Assembly: GCA_030698625.1 (NCBI GenBank)
Contig: JAUYMS010000048.1
Coordinates: forward strand, 21,879-85,878
DNA: 64,000 bases
Direction: 5' to 3'
Source of the DNA: Candidatus Omnitrophota bacterium
GTDB taxonomy: Bacteria; Omnitrophota; Omnitrophia; Omnitrophales; Aquincolibacteriaceae
Translations under genes and position numbers: made by a program
In this document: positions 56,924 to 64,000 of the stretch, piece after piece
Layout: every line of letters starts with the position of its first letter
How positions within the stretch are numbered: the stretch's first letter is position 1
Notes under the pieces: generated by a model
Told to the model about the DNA's origin: nothing
What the model saw: only the letters and a program-made list of their open reading frames with translations
The model's database searches: none

Positions 56924-57567
56924 AAGAGCCGCGAGCCAAGAAGCAATCGATCTATGAGCTGATTGCCGCCCAGACTGAAGAACAACACCATGCAGAATCC
57001 GAAAAAGCCTCCATCGAGCTGCACCGCACGGTTCGCCGCCTCAGACAGGCCAAAGGCTTTTCGGGAGTTCGGTTGTGCCGTGAAGCCGGGGATCTCGATC
57101 CCAAGACCTTAACGGCCCTGGAGAAAGGCAGGATCAAGAATCCCTCTATTCGAACCCTTCAGTCTGTCTCAAGGGGCTTGTCTTTAAGCGTCAGCGACCT
57201 TTTCCGTGAAGCCGAATTGGAGTCGGAGTCTAGCTACTATCTGGGATCCCAAAAGGGGGAGTTTCAGGTTGATTTTCCTAAGCGGGGTATAAAAATCGTG
57301 TCTTTTACACCGTTTATAAGGGATTTTTTCTGCGGAAAGCTTCTGCTTGGTCCCCGCCGTCGCCTCGCAGACACCCTTCTCAAGCACCCCAATCCGGTTT
57401 TTGTATCTGTGCTTATAGGACGTTTTGAGGTGGACGTCGAGACTAGGAAGGCGACGCTTAAAGAGGGGGAAAACCTTTTTTTTAACGGCAGACTAAAGCA
57501 CGTGTTTTATAACCCGCTTCATCGTGAGTCCGTGCTCCTCATGGTGACGGCCCCGTCTTTTGTCTGA
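56920..57567 (+). CDS. XRE-family HTH transcriptional regulator with C-terminal cupin domain
   Basis: HTH RLRQAKGFSGVRLCREAGDLDPKTLTALEKGRIKNPSIRTLQSVSRGLSLSVSDLF. The C-terminal ~100 aa are beta-rich and cupin-like. ATGA overlap with the upstream gene. Confidence 0.7.
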   Translation: MKEPRAKKQSIYELIAAQTEEQHHAESEKASIELHRTVRRLRQAKGFSGVRLCREAGDLDPKTLTALEKGRIKNPSIRTLQSVSRGLSLSVSDLFREAELESESSYYLGSQKGEFQVDFPKRGIKIVSFTPFIRDFFCGKLLLGPRRRLADTLLKHPNPVFVSVLIGRFEVDVETRKATLKEGENLFFNGRLKHVFYNPLHRESVLLMVTAPSFV

Positions 57568-57739
57568 CCTTTAGTTAAGTCCAATGAGTGACGATACTTA
57601 AGAGACGAGAACTCGGCTAGGCCGTTACGGACACAACCTGGGTTTTTGCGAACCCAAATATGTGGAGTGTGGTATCCTTATGTCATCGGCATGGGGTGCC
57701 GCCCGTGAGTCGCGAAACGATTTAACAGAAAGCATATGG

Positions 57740-59482
57740 ATGAAGTTTAAGGTTTTATTTTTTATCGGGATAAGCGTCTGTGCCTTTGCCTACGTTGGGA
57801 TCGCGGCTGAAGATGCCTTTCTCGCAACCGCCGACGCCGACCTTTTGCCCCAACACACTTACGAACACCATGAAGTCGCAAAATCAATTCTGACGACCCC
57901 CCACGATGAAACGACTCGGCAAGCCATCCGCGAACGCGTCCGTGCTTTGCGCGTCGAGCGACACGAAGCCATGCCTTATCTTGACCGCAACATTATCCGT
58001 GCTTCTATTAGTAAGGAAACAATTGCACGCAAAGCGGCATTTCTGGATAGAGGGCAGAAGAAACTCGATGACCTTGTGGGGCGTGCTGTAGAGATCTATA
58101 CGCCTGCTCGAGCTTCTCATGAGCGGGTTTCGCTCGGCCGGCGGCGTATCATGGCGGCGGTGAGGGAACTCATGCCGGAACTCAATTTTGAATATGAAGA
58201 CCGTGACGGAAAGCTTAGCGGTACGGAGTTTAATTCGCGAGGTTATCACTTCACGTTCACTCAGCCGCTTTTTCGCGGAGGGATTCTCTGGAATACTCTG
58301 TTGCAGGAACGCGCGAATCTCAAGGCGGCAGAAAGGGAATATGACCGGGTGATCGGGGATTTGGTCCGCGACGTCGCCCAAGCTTATTTCGAATACAACC
58401 GTACGCTTCAGATTACGGCGGATCAGGCGGATGCCATTTCGCGCATGGAGCGGTTTGATAATATTTCGGAACGGAAGTTCGACGAAGAACTGATATCTGA
58501 GATCGAGCATTTGAACGTGCAATCGTTGTACAGTCAGATGAAATACGATTACGAGACGGCCAAGCAGGAATTAGAACTGGCCAAGCTTGATGTGCAGAAC
58601 TATTTGGGCCTTGAATTTGAAGACGATCTTTGGGTTTCTCCTCTTTATGATATCGATGCCCTCATCGCGGGTGATGCGACCGAAGAGGCGCGTGACACGG
58701 ATGCGGGCTGGACCGAAGAAACCTCGGAGGCTTACGCGGCAACGGAGGCGATCCCGGATTTGGAAGAATTGGTGGATCTGGCTTATCAGCATCGGCCGGA
58801 ACTGCAGGTCGAGTCGGCTCGGCTTGCTGCCGCAATCTTCGAACAGCGCGTGCGGTGGGGTGAACTATTGCCCCATGCCGACCTCGTTGTCGAGTTTGGG
58901 AGAGTAGGAGAGGCCAATGACGTCAACTCTGTGACACCCGAATGGAAACTGGAGTATCGCTTGTTCCTGGAAATGAGCTGGAATATGGCCGGGTCAACGA
59001 TCAATTACCAACATGAAACCGACGAACAGGCGCCTTCTCAAACCCAGTTTCAAGGGGGTACCGGGACCGAAACCAAGCGGAACACGGTAACCCTTAATCT
59101 GTTCGACGGGCTGGATGCATTCGTTGAGGCCAAAGAAGCCGAAGCCGATAAGTTGGATCAAATCGTTGAACTCGAAAACGCTGAGAAAGAAGTCGTTCAG
59201 GACGTCAAACAGGGCTATTACGATTATCAGAAGGCGCGCATCCAGGTAAAATCAACGCTGAAGCGCCTTGATTACCGCGGCCGCCTCGTGCATCTCATGA
59301 AGCACCGCTTAGACGGCAATGAGATTCAAATCTCGGAGTACATGCAGGCCGAGATTGATTATTTCCAGGAGAAAAGCGAATTGCATGGTGCGCTTAAGGA
59401 TTATTTTGCGGCCAAGGCCGCGCTAAACCGCGCCGTCGGAATTCGTAACCACCTTCCCATCGAGGATACGTATGGAGAATGA
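57740..59482 (+). CDS. TolC-like outer-membrane efflux protein
   Basis: Signal peptide MKFKVLFFIGISVCAFAYVGIAA at the in-frame ATG 57740 (the ORF is open from 57662). Two long coiled-coil-rich repeats with Y-rich beta segments typical of OEP family. Confidence 0.65.
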   Translation: MKFKVLFFIGISVCAFAYVGIAAEDAFLATADADLLPQHTYEHHEVAKSILTTPHDETTRQAIRERVRALRVERHEAMPYLDRNIIRASISKETIARKAAFLDRGQKKLDDLVGRAVEIYTPARASHERVSLGRRRIMAAVRELMPELNFEYEDRDGKLSGTEFNSRGYHFTFTQPLFRGGILWNTLLQERANLKAAEREYDRVIGDLVRDVAQAYFEYNRTLQITADQADAISRMERFDNISERKFDEELISEIEHLNVQSLYSQMKYDYETAKQELELAKLDVQNYLGLEFEDDLWVSPLYDIDALIAGDATEEARDTDAGWTEETSEAYAATEAIPDLEELVDLAYQHRPELQVESARLAAAIFEQRVRWGELLPHADLVVEFGRVGEANDVNSVTPEWKLEYRLFLEMSWNMAGSTINYQHETDEQAPSQTQFQGGTGTETKRNTVTLNLFDGLDAFVEAKEAEADKLDQIVELENAEKEVVQDVKQGYYDYQKARIQVKSTLKRLDYRGRLVHLMKHRLDGNEIQISEYMQAEIDYFQEKSELHGALKDYFAAKAALNRAVGIRNHLPIEDTYGE

Positions 59483-60890
59483 TTTGCCGCCGGAGCCCGC
59501 ACCTCAAGGTCCGCCTAAAAAGAATTTGCTCGATAAAGTTCGCGCTCTTCCCGGCAAAATAGCTAAGATTCCGGCGTCGTTCGGCAATCTTTTCAAGAAA
59601 CTTTTTCGGATGTTTAAAGGTGTGTTTGGTGTGTTCAAGAAGCCGGTGGATGCCGTCACAGCCGTCTTCGGTAAACTTTTTTCACGCTTCAAGAAGAAAG
59701 AGATTCCCACCCCTTTCCAGATCGAAGAACCGCGGAGCGGTTTTATCCATCGCCACCGTTTTAAAATTGTAATCTTGATCGTAGTTGCCGCAGCTGCGTT
59801 CGTGATTCCGCGATTCCTGACCAAGCCCGAAAAGCCGAAGATCTCCCTGGAGGAGACACTCTCCGAGCCCGCGCAGCCGAAGGTGAGCGTTATTGCCGTT
59901 AAGGCCTTCAAGGTGGGACGTTTTAATTATGAGGATTCTCTGAATGTGCTGGGCACGGTCAAAGGCGCCATGGAGTTCAAGCTGAGTTTCGAAGTGCCCG
60001 GGGTGGTCAGCTCCATTAACTACCGCGAGGGTGAGCGGTATGAGGAAGGCGCGCTCCTTCTGTCTTTGCGGCAGGATGATATCTTGCTCCGGCTCAAGCG
60101 GGCTCAGGCAGAGCTCAATAAAGCGGACACCGGAGTTCAGCTCGCCCAAGAGAAAGTGACGGAGCATGAAAAGTTATTCGCGATGGGGGCGATTCCTAAA
60201 CAGACTCTTGATAAGGTGAAAATTGAGTTAGACGGTGCAAAGTATGATAGCGAAGCGGCTCGGCTTGAACTCAAGGCGCATGAATCTATGCTGGAGAAAT
60301 CGAATTTATACGCACCTTCGGCCGGCATGATCGGAGAGCTCAAGATTGAAGAGGGTGAGACAGTGACCCCAAACACTTTGCTCGGCTCGCATATCATGAC
60401 CGAGTACGTCTATGCGGAATTCGGTGTCGTGGAAAGAGAAGTCAATAAAATAGCCCTCGGGCAAAAGGCGCGCGTTTTTATTGATGCCTATCCTGACAAG
60501 ACATTTGAGGGTGTGATCGAAAATATCGCTCCGGTCGTCGGGGGCACGAGCCGCACGGCGACGTCACGTATCCGTATCGAGAATCCCGAGCGCTTACTCC
60601 TGCCGGGCATGTTTTCGCGTATTCGTATCCTCCTATACAGTAAGAAGAATGCACTTGTTGTGCCTACCGATGCCCTGCAAGGAGGAGAGGGGGATCAGTG
60701 GATTTTTATTGTTCACGAAGAAGACGAAGTAGCCGAGAAAAGGGCGATCAGCGTTGGCTACACGCGCCCGGATTATTCACAGATTGATGCGGGTATTTCC
60801 GAAGGCGAACTCGTCGCCGTCACGGGCCTAGAACGTCTTGAAGACGGTGCTAAAGTTCGCCTCTTGGAGACGCAGGAAGCCGAAGCCTGA
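59472..60890 (+). CDS. Periplasmic adaptor (membrane fusion protein, HlyD/AcrA family)
   Basis: N-terminal TM helix FKIVILIVVAAAAFVIP, a long coiled-coil hairpin, lipoyl-like LYAPSAGMIGELKIEEGETV, beta-barrel and MP domains. Overlaps the TolC-like gene by 11 nt. Confidence 0.8.
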   Translation: MENDLPPEPAPQGPPKKNLLDKVRALPGKIAKIPASFGNLFKKLFRMFKGVFGVFKKPVDAVTAVFGKLFSRFKKKEIPTPFQIEEPRSGFIHRHRFKIVILIVVAAAAFVIPRFLTKPEKPKISLEETLSEPAQPKVSVIAVKAFKVGRFNYEDSLNVLGTVKGAMEFKLSFEVPGVVSSINYREGERYEEGALLLSLRQDDILLRLKRAQAELNKADTGVQLAQEKVTEHEKLFAMGAIPKQTLDKVKIELDGAKYDSEAARLELKAHESMLEKSNLYAPSAGMIGELKIEEGETVTPNTLLGSHIMTEYVYAEFGVVEREVNKIALGQKARVFIDAYPDKTFEGVIENIAPVVGGTSRTATSRIRIENPERLLLPGMFSRIRILLYSKKNALVVPTDALQGGEGDQWIFIVHEEDEVAEKRAISVGYTRPDYSQIDAGISEGELVAVTGLERLEDGAKVRLLETQEAEA

Positions 60891-60892
60891 GC

Positions 60893-63800
60893 ATGAGCTT
60901 ACCCGAGTTTGCGATACGCAAAAAAGTGACCATTGTCATGGCCACACTCGGATTGATTTTACTCGGTATGATCTACTTTTCCCGCCTCCCGCAGGAACTT
61001 TTCCCCCCTATCGTATTTCCGCAGGTGACCATCATTACCGAGTACACGAACGCGGCGCCTGAAGAAATCGAGACTCTCATCACAAAACCCATCGAAGAAG
61101 CCATCGGTTCCGTTTCCGGTTTGAAACGAATCGAATCTATATCGCGCGAGGGGCGCAGTGCGGTGATCGTCTCTTTTGACTGGGGGCAGGACATCGATTT
61201 TGCGGCCTTGGCGGCTCGCGAAAAGATAGACCTTGTCAAGGAGCGCCTGCCCAAAGAGTCCGAAGATCCTATCGTGCTGAAATTCGATCCTCTCGCACGG
61301 CCTGTATTGATTCTGTCGGTAACGGGTAAGGATCTCGAACCGATCCGGCTGAAATTTCTTGCCGAGAAGGTGTTCAAAGATAATTTGGAAAAGCTTGAAG
61401 GTGTCGCTTCCGTCAGTATCTCTGGCGGCGCTGATCGCGAAGTGCTTGTGGAAATCGATCAGGGGCGCTTGCATGCCAACCACCTCTCTCTTCTGGAGAT
61501 CATTGAAGCGATCGAAAATGCAAATGTGACGTACCCGGCGGGCAGCATTAAGAAGGGACTCTATGAGTATTTGATTCGAACCGTGGGTGAGTTTCGCAGT
61601 GTGCGTGAAATCGGATATGCCGTGGCGGGCGTAGATATTGTTGAGGAGATGCGGCGCGAAGATACTAGTTTTGTGGAGCGGGGTGAGACGGGGCCGCGTG
61701 AAACTCTCGATACGATGCGTGAGGAGGTGGAGCGTTCGATCGCAGAGAAGCGGCTCGTGCTTGTGCGTGACATCGCTGAAGTCATCGACAGTACGGCGGA
61801 ACGGACCAGTATTTCACGGTACAACGGAAGCGAAAATATCTCGATTGCTGTTCAGAAACAGGCAAGCGCAAACACGATCCAAGTCGTGGATGCCCTGAAA
61901 AAGGCGCTCGAATTTCTCGACATGGACATTAAAACACGCGGTATGGATTACAGTATTATTTACGATCACTCCAAGTTCATACGAAATTCATTGAAGAATT
62001 TGCTGAGTGAATCGCTTATGGGCGGATTCCTGGCTTTCATCGTGCTGCTCTTTTTTCTCCGGGCTGCCGGACCTTCCCTGCTGGTAACGCTTTCGATTCC
62101 TGTCACCGTCATCGGCGTGTTTTTTTTAATGGGAATGACCGGAATTACCCTAAATATCATGTCGCTTGGCGGTCTTGCGCTCGGTGTCGGAATGATCGTG
62201 GATACGAGTATCGTGGTGTTAGAGAACATTTTTCGCAGGCGTCAGCTGGGTGAAGATGCCGAAGAAGGAGCCATACGAGGCAGTGAAGAGGTGATTTGGC
62301 CGGTTTTCGCTTCAAACCTTACAACAATCTCGGTATTTTTTCCGCTAATCGTTTTTGTGCCCGGTATCCCGGGTCAGCTCTTCAAGGATCTATCCTGGAC
62401 CGTTATCTACTCCCAAGTCCTCGCAGCTTTGGTTCCGCTTACCTTGATTACGATGCTGTCGGTTTACCTGAAAGTGAAACAGGGAGGTTATGAGCCCATG
62501 CCCTGGACTCGATTTTTTGAGGAGCGCCTCGTCGGGGATCAGGATCCTGCTAAGAAAACGAGGCTTTTGCTCTGGGTATTGGCTTTGGCTTTCGGAATGT
62601 GCTCGATAGCATTGGTGATCATGCCCATGCTTGATCAGGAAGTGTTGCCAAAAGTCGACCAGGGCCAGTTCATCGTGAAGATCGATATGCGGATCGGCAC
62701 GCGCTTGGAAGTGACCGACAGGGTGATTCGGCGGATCGAAGAGGCCTTGGCGCAGGTTCCCGAAGTCAGGGATGTTGCTGTTACAATCGGTTCCGAGAAG
62801 AGTCGAAGAGGTCAGGTTCAAGTCGAATCTCTGCGTCCTTCGCAGGCATTGATCATGGTTGCCTTGGATCCTGATCGCAAGAGGACATCGGCGCAAGTGG
62901 TTGACGATGTCCGAGAAAAGATGCGCGGCGTCGGAACTGAAGGCGCACGCGTGGAATTTATTTTACAAGAAAGCGAATTCGCCTTTGCCGAGGGGGGTAC
63001 GAAACCGATCCTAGTCGAAGTTAAGGGCTATGATTTCATGGAGATGAAGCAACTCGTAGACGGCATTAAGGGTAAGCTGGGAAAAATTCCCGGAATTGTC
63101 GAAATTCAGGACGACATGGGCGAAACATCGCCGGAGACAAAGTTGAACATCGACAAGAAACGCGCCGCTCTCTACGGTATTTCTGCGCTAGACGTTTCAC
63201 TTATTGCCAAGGCGGCCATTGAGGGTGTGGTTGCGACGCAATATCGTGAAGGCGGCAAAGAATACGATGTCCGCGTGCGGTTGAGTGAGCGGGATCGTAG
63301 AAATATCCACACCCTGAACGACCTGTTGCTCTATTCGCAAGTGCTTGATGCGCTCATTCCCCTCAAAGAGGTTGCCGAGATCGTTCAGGGGGAAGGTCCG
63401 AGTGAAATTCGGCGCGCGAACCAAGAGCGAACGATTGTGATCTCTGCAGACATTGTCAAAGACATGAAGAGCAAGGATGTCTTGACCAAGGTTCAGGATC
63501 TCCTGGCGACCCTCGAAATCTCGAGTGATTTTCAGGTCGTTCTGTCGGGTAAAGCGCGCGAAGTCAAAGAGAATTTCTCCAAGGTTATCTTTGCCTTTGT
63601 GCTTTCTATCATTCTCGTCTACATGATCATGGCGTCTCAGTTTGAATCATTTATTCAGCCTTTAATCATCATGTTTACGGTGCCGCTCGCATTTTTCGGT
63701 GTTTCTGTTGCCCTGTGGATTACGGGAACTTCCATGAACGTGATCTCCATGCTGGGAATCGTAATTCTGGGCGGTATCGTCGTCAACAACGGTATCGTTC

Positions 63801-64000
63801 TTATCGAATATATCAATCAGCTTCGTGAGCAAGGCCTAGATGTTGAAGAAGCTGCGTTGACCGCTGCAAAGGTGCGCACTCGGCCGATCCTGATGAGTGC
63901 GCTGACAACCATATTCGGCTTGGTGCCCTTGGCGCTTGGATTAGGTGAGGGTTCGGAATTGCGCGCTCCCATGGCCATTACGGTCATGGGCGGTCTGTTG
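60893..64000 (+). CDS. RND (HAE1/AcrB-type) inner-membrane efflux transporter; the 3' end lies outside the window
   Basis: MSLPEFAIRKKVTIVMATLGLILLGMIYFSRLP...FPPIVFPQVTIITEYTNAAPEEIE...PIEEAIGSVSGLKRIES is the canonical AcrB N-terminus. 12 TM-type organisation continues to the window end without a stop. Not in the ORF track because it has no stop codon. Confidence 0.9.
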   Translation, partial: MSLPEFAIRKKVTIVMATLGLILLGMIYFSRLPQELFPPIVFPQVTIITEYTNAAPEEIETLITKPIEEAIGSVSGLKRIESISREGRSAVIVSFDWGQDIDFAALAAREKIDLVKERLPKESEDPIVLKFDPLARPVLILSVTGKDLEPIRLKFLAEKVFKDNLEKLEGVASVSISGGADREVLVEIDQGRLHANHLSLLEIIEAIENANVTYPAGSIKKGLYEYLIRTVGEFRSVREIGYAVAGVDIVEEMRREDTSFVERGETGPRETLDTMREEVERSIAEKRLVLVRDIAEVIDSTAERTSISRYNGSENISIAVQKQASANTIQVVDALKKALEFLDMDIKTRGMDYSIIYDHSKFIRNSLKNLLSESLMGGFLAFIVLLFFLRAAGPSLLVTLSIPVTVIGVFFLMGMTGITLNIMSLGGLALGVGMIVDTSIVVLENIFRRRQLGEDAEEGAIRGSEEVIWPVFASNLTTISVFFPLIVFVPGIPGQLFKDLSWTVIYSQVLAALVPLTLITMLSVYLKVKQGGYEPMPWTRFFEERLVGDQDPAKKTRLLLWVLALAFGMCSIALVIMPMLDQEVLPKVDQGQFIVKIDMRIGTRLEVTDRVIRRIEEALAQVPEVRDVAVTIGSEKSRRGQVQVESLRPSQALIMVALDPDRKRTSAQVVDDVREKMRGVGTEGARVEFILQESEFAFAEGGTKPILVEVKGYDFMEMKQLVDGIKGKLGKIPGIVEIQDDMGETSPETKLNIDKKRAALYGISALDVSLIAKAAIEGVVATQYREGGKEYDVRVRLSERDRRNIHTLNDLLLYSQVLDALIPLKEVAEIVQGEGPSEIRRANQERTIVISADIVKDMKSKDVLTKVQDLLATLEISSDFQVVLSGKAREVKENFSKVIFAFVLSIILVYMIMASQFESFIQPLIIMFTVPLAFFGVSVALWITGTSMNVISMLGIVILGGIVVNNGIVLIEYINQLREQGLDVEEAALTAAKVRTRPILMSALTTIFGLVPLALGLGEGSELRAPMAITVMGGLL

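Noticed and set aside
57612-57650. Hairpin tgggtt-tttgcg-aaccca after the XRE-cupin gene
   Set aside because: Short stem and no T-tract. It is more likely incidental or part of the TolC-like gene's 5' leader.
50223-62896. ORFs 50223-50933 (+), 55889-56614 (-), 57884-58522 (-), 59682-60167 (-), 60959-61483 (-) and 62390-62896 (-)
   Set aside because: They are antisense to the ceramidase fusion, the glycoside hydrolase, the TolC-like gene, the membrane fusion protein and the RND transporter respectively. Their translations are low-complexity.
1-64000. tRNA, rRNA, CRISPR, integrase or transposase features
   Set aside because: None recognised by eye. No cloverleaf-like GC-rich 75-90-nt islands in the few intergenic gaps, no repeat-spacer arrays, and no DDE/tyrosine-recombinase motifs in any ORF.

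Overview
The sequence is moderately GC-rich. It is probably from an uncultivated diderm bacterium, because TolC/MFP/RND genes, lipoprotein signal peptides and a recR-dnaX pair are present. Genes are almost entirely on the + strand and tightly packed, often with ATGA or GTGA overlaps.

- **1-13.9 kb:** a glycan-biosynthesis locus. It holds three GT2 enzymes, two GT-C-type membrane glycosyltransferases (one TMTC-like with TPR repeats), WbqC-like, SAM-methyltransferase, NeuD/PglD-like acyltransferase, a DUF377-like beta-propeller, a PhyH dioxygenase and a DegT aminotransferase.
- **13.9-16.2 kb:** dnaX-recR with no ybaB between them.
- **16.5-47.4 kb:** one uninterrupted 30.9-kb ORF (10,303 aa). 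The product is a membrane-anchored mega-protein made of enzyme-like modules. The modules I could recognise are:
  - a TraB/GumN-like domain
  - a PPP-type metallophosphatase
  - a PEP-synthase/PPDK-like ATP-grasp plus phospho-His module
  - a Glu/Leu-dehydrogenase-like Rossmann domain
  - an M50/site-2-protease-like HExxH transmembrane block
  - an enolase C-terminal barrel
  - a complete NagB-II-type GlcN6P deaminase plus LmbE unit
  - a DUF218-like domain
  - a D-2-hydroxyacid dehydrogenase

  It also has long coiled coils and several internal TM helices. The exact pentapeptide RSELR occurs 18 times, at module boundaries, encoded with synonymous codon variation. This is the most unusual object in the window and looks like an undescribed polyprotein or multi-module system.
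- **47.4-50.5 kb:** directly downstream and probably co-transcribed are a tandem-REC response regulator, a secreted PHP phosphoesterase and a lipoprotein alpha/beta-hydrolase.
- **50.4-64.0 kb:** a neutral-ceramidase/C45 Ntn-hydrolase fusion (minus strand), a CHASE2 histidine kinase, a PF10091-type glycoside hydrolase with CBM9, an XRE-cupin regulator and a TolC-MFP-RND efflux operon that is truncated at the window end.

No rRNA, tRNA, CRISPR or transposase genes were recognised.
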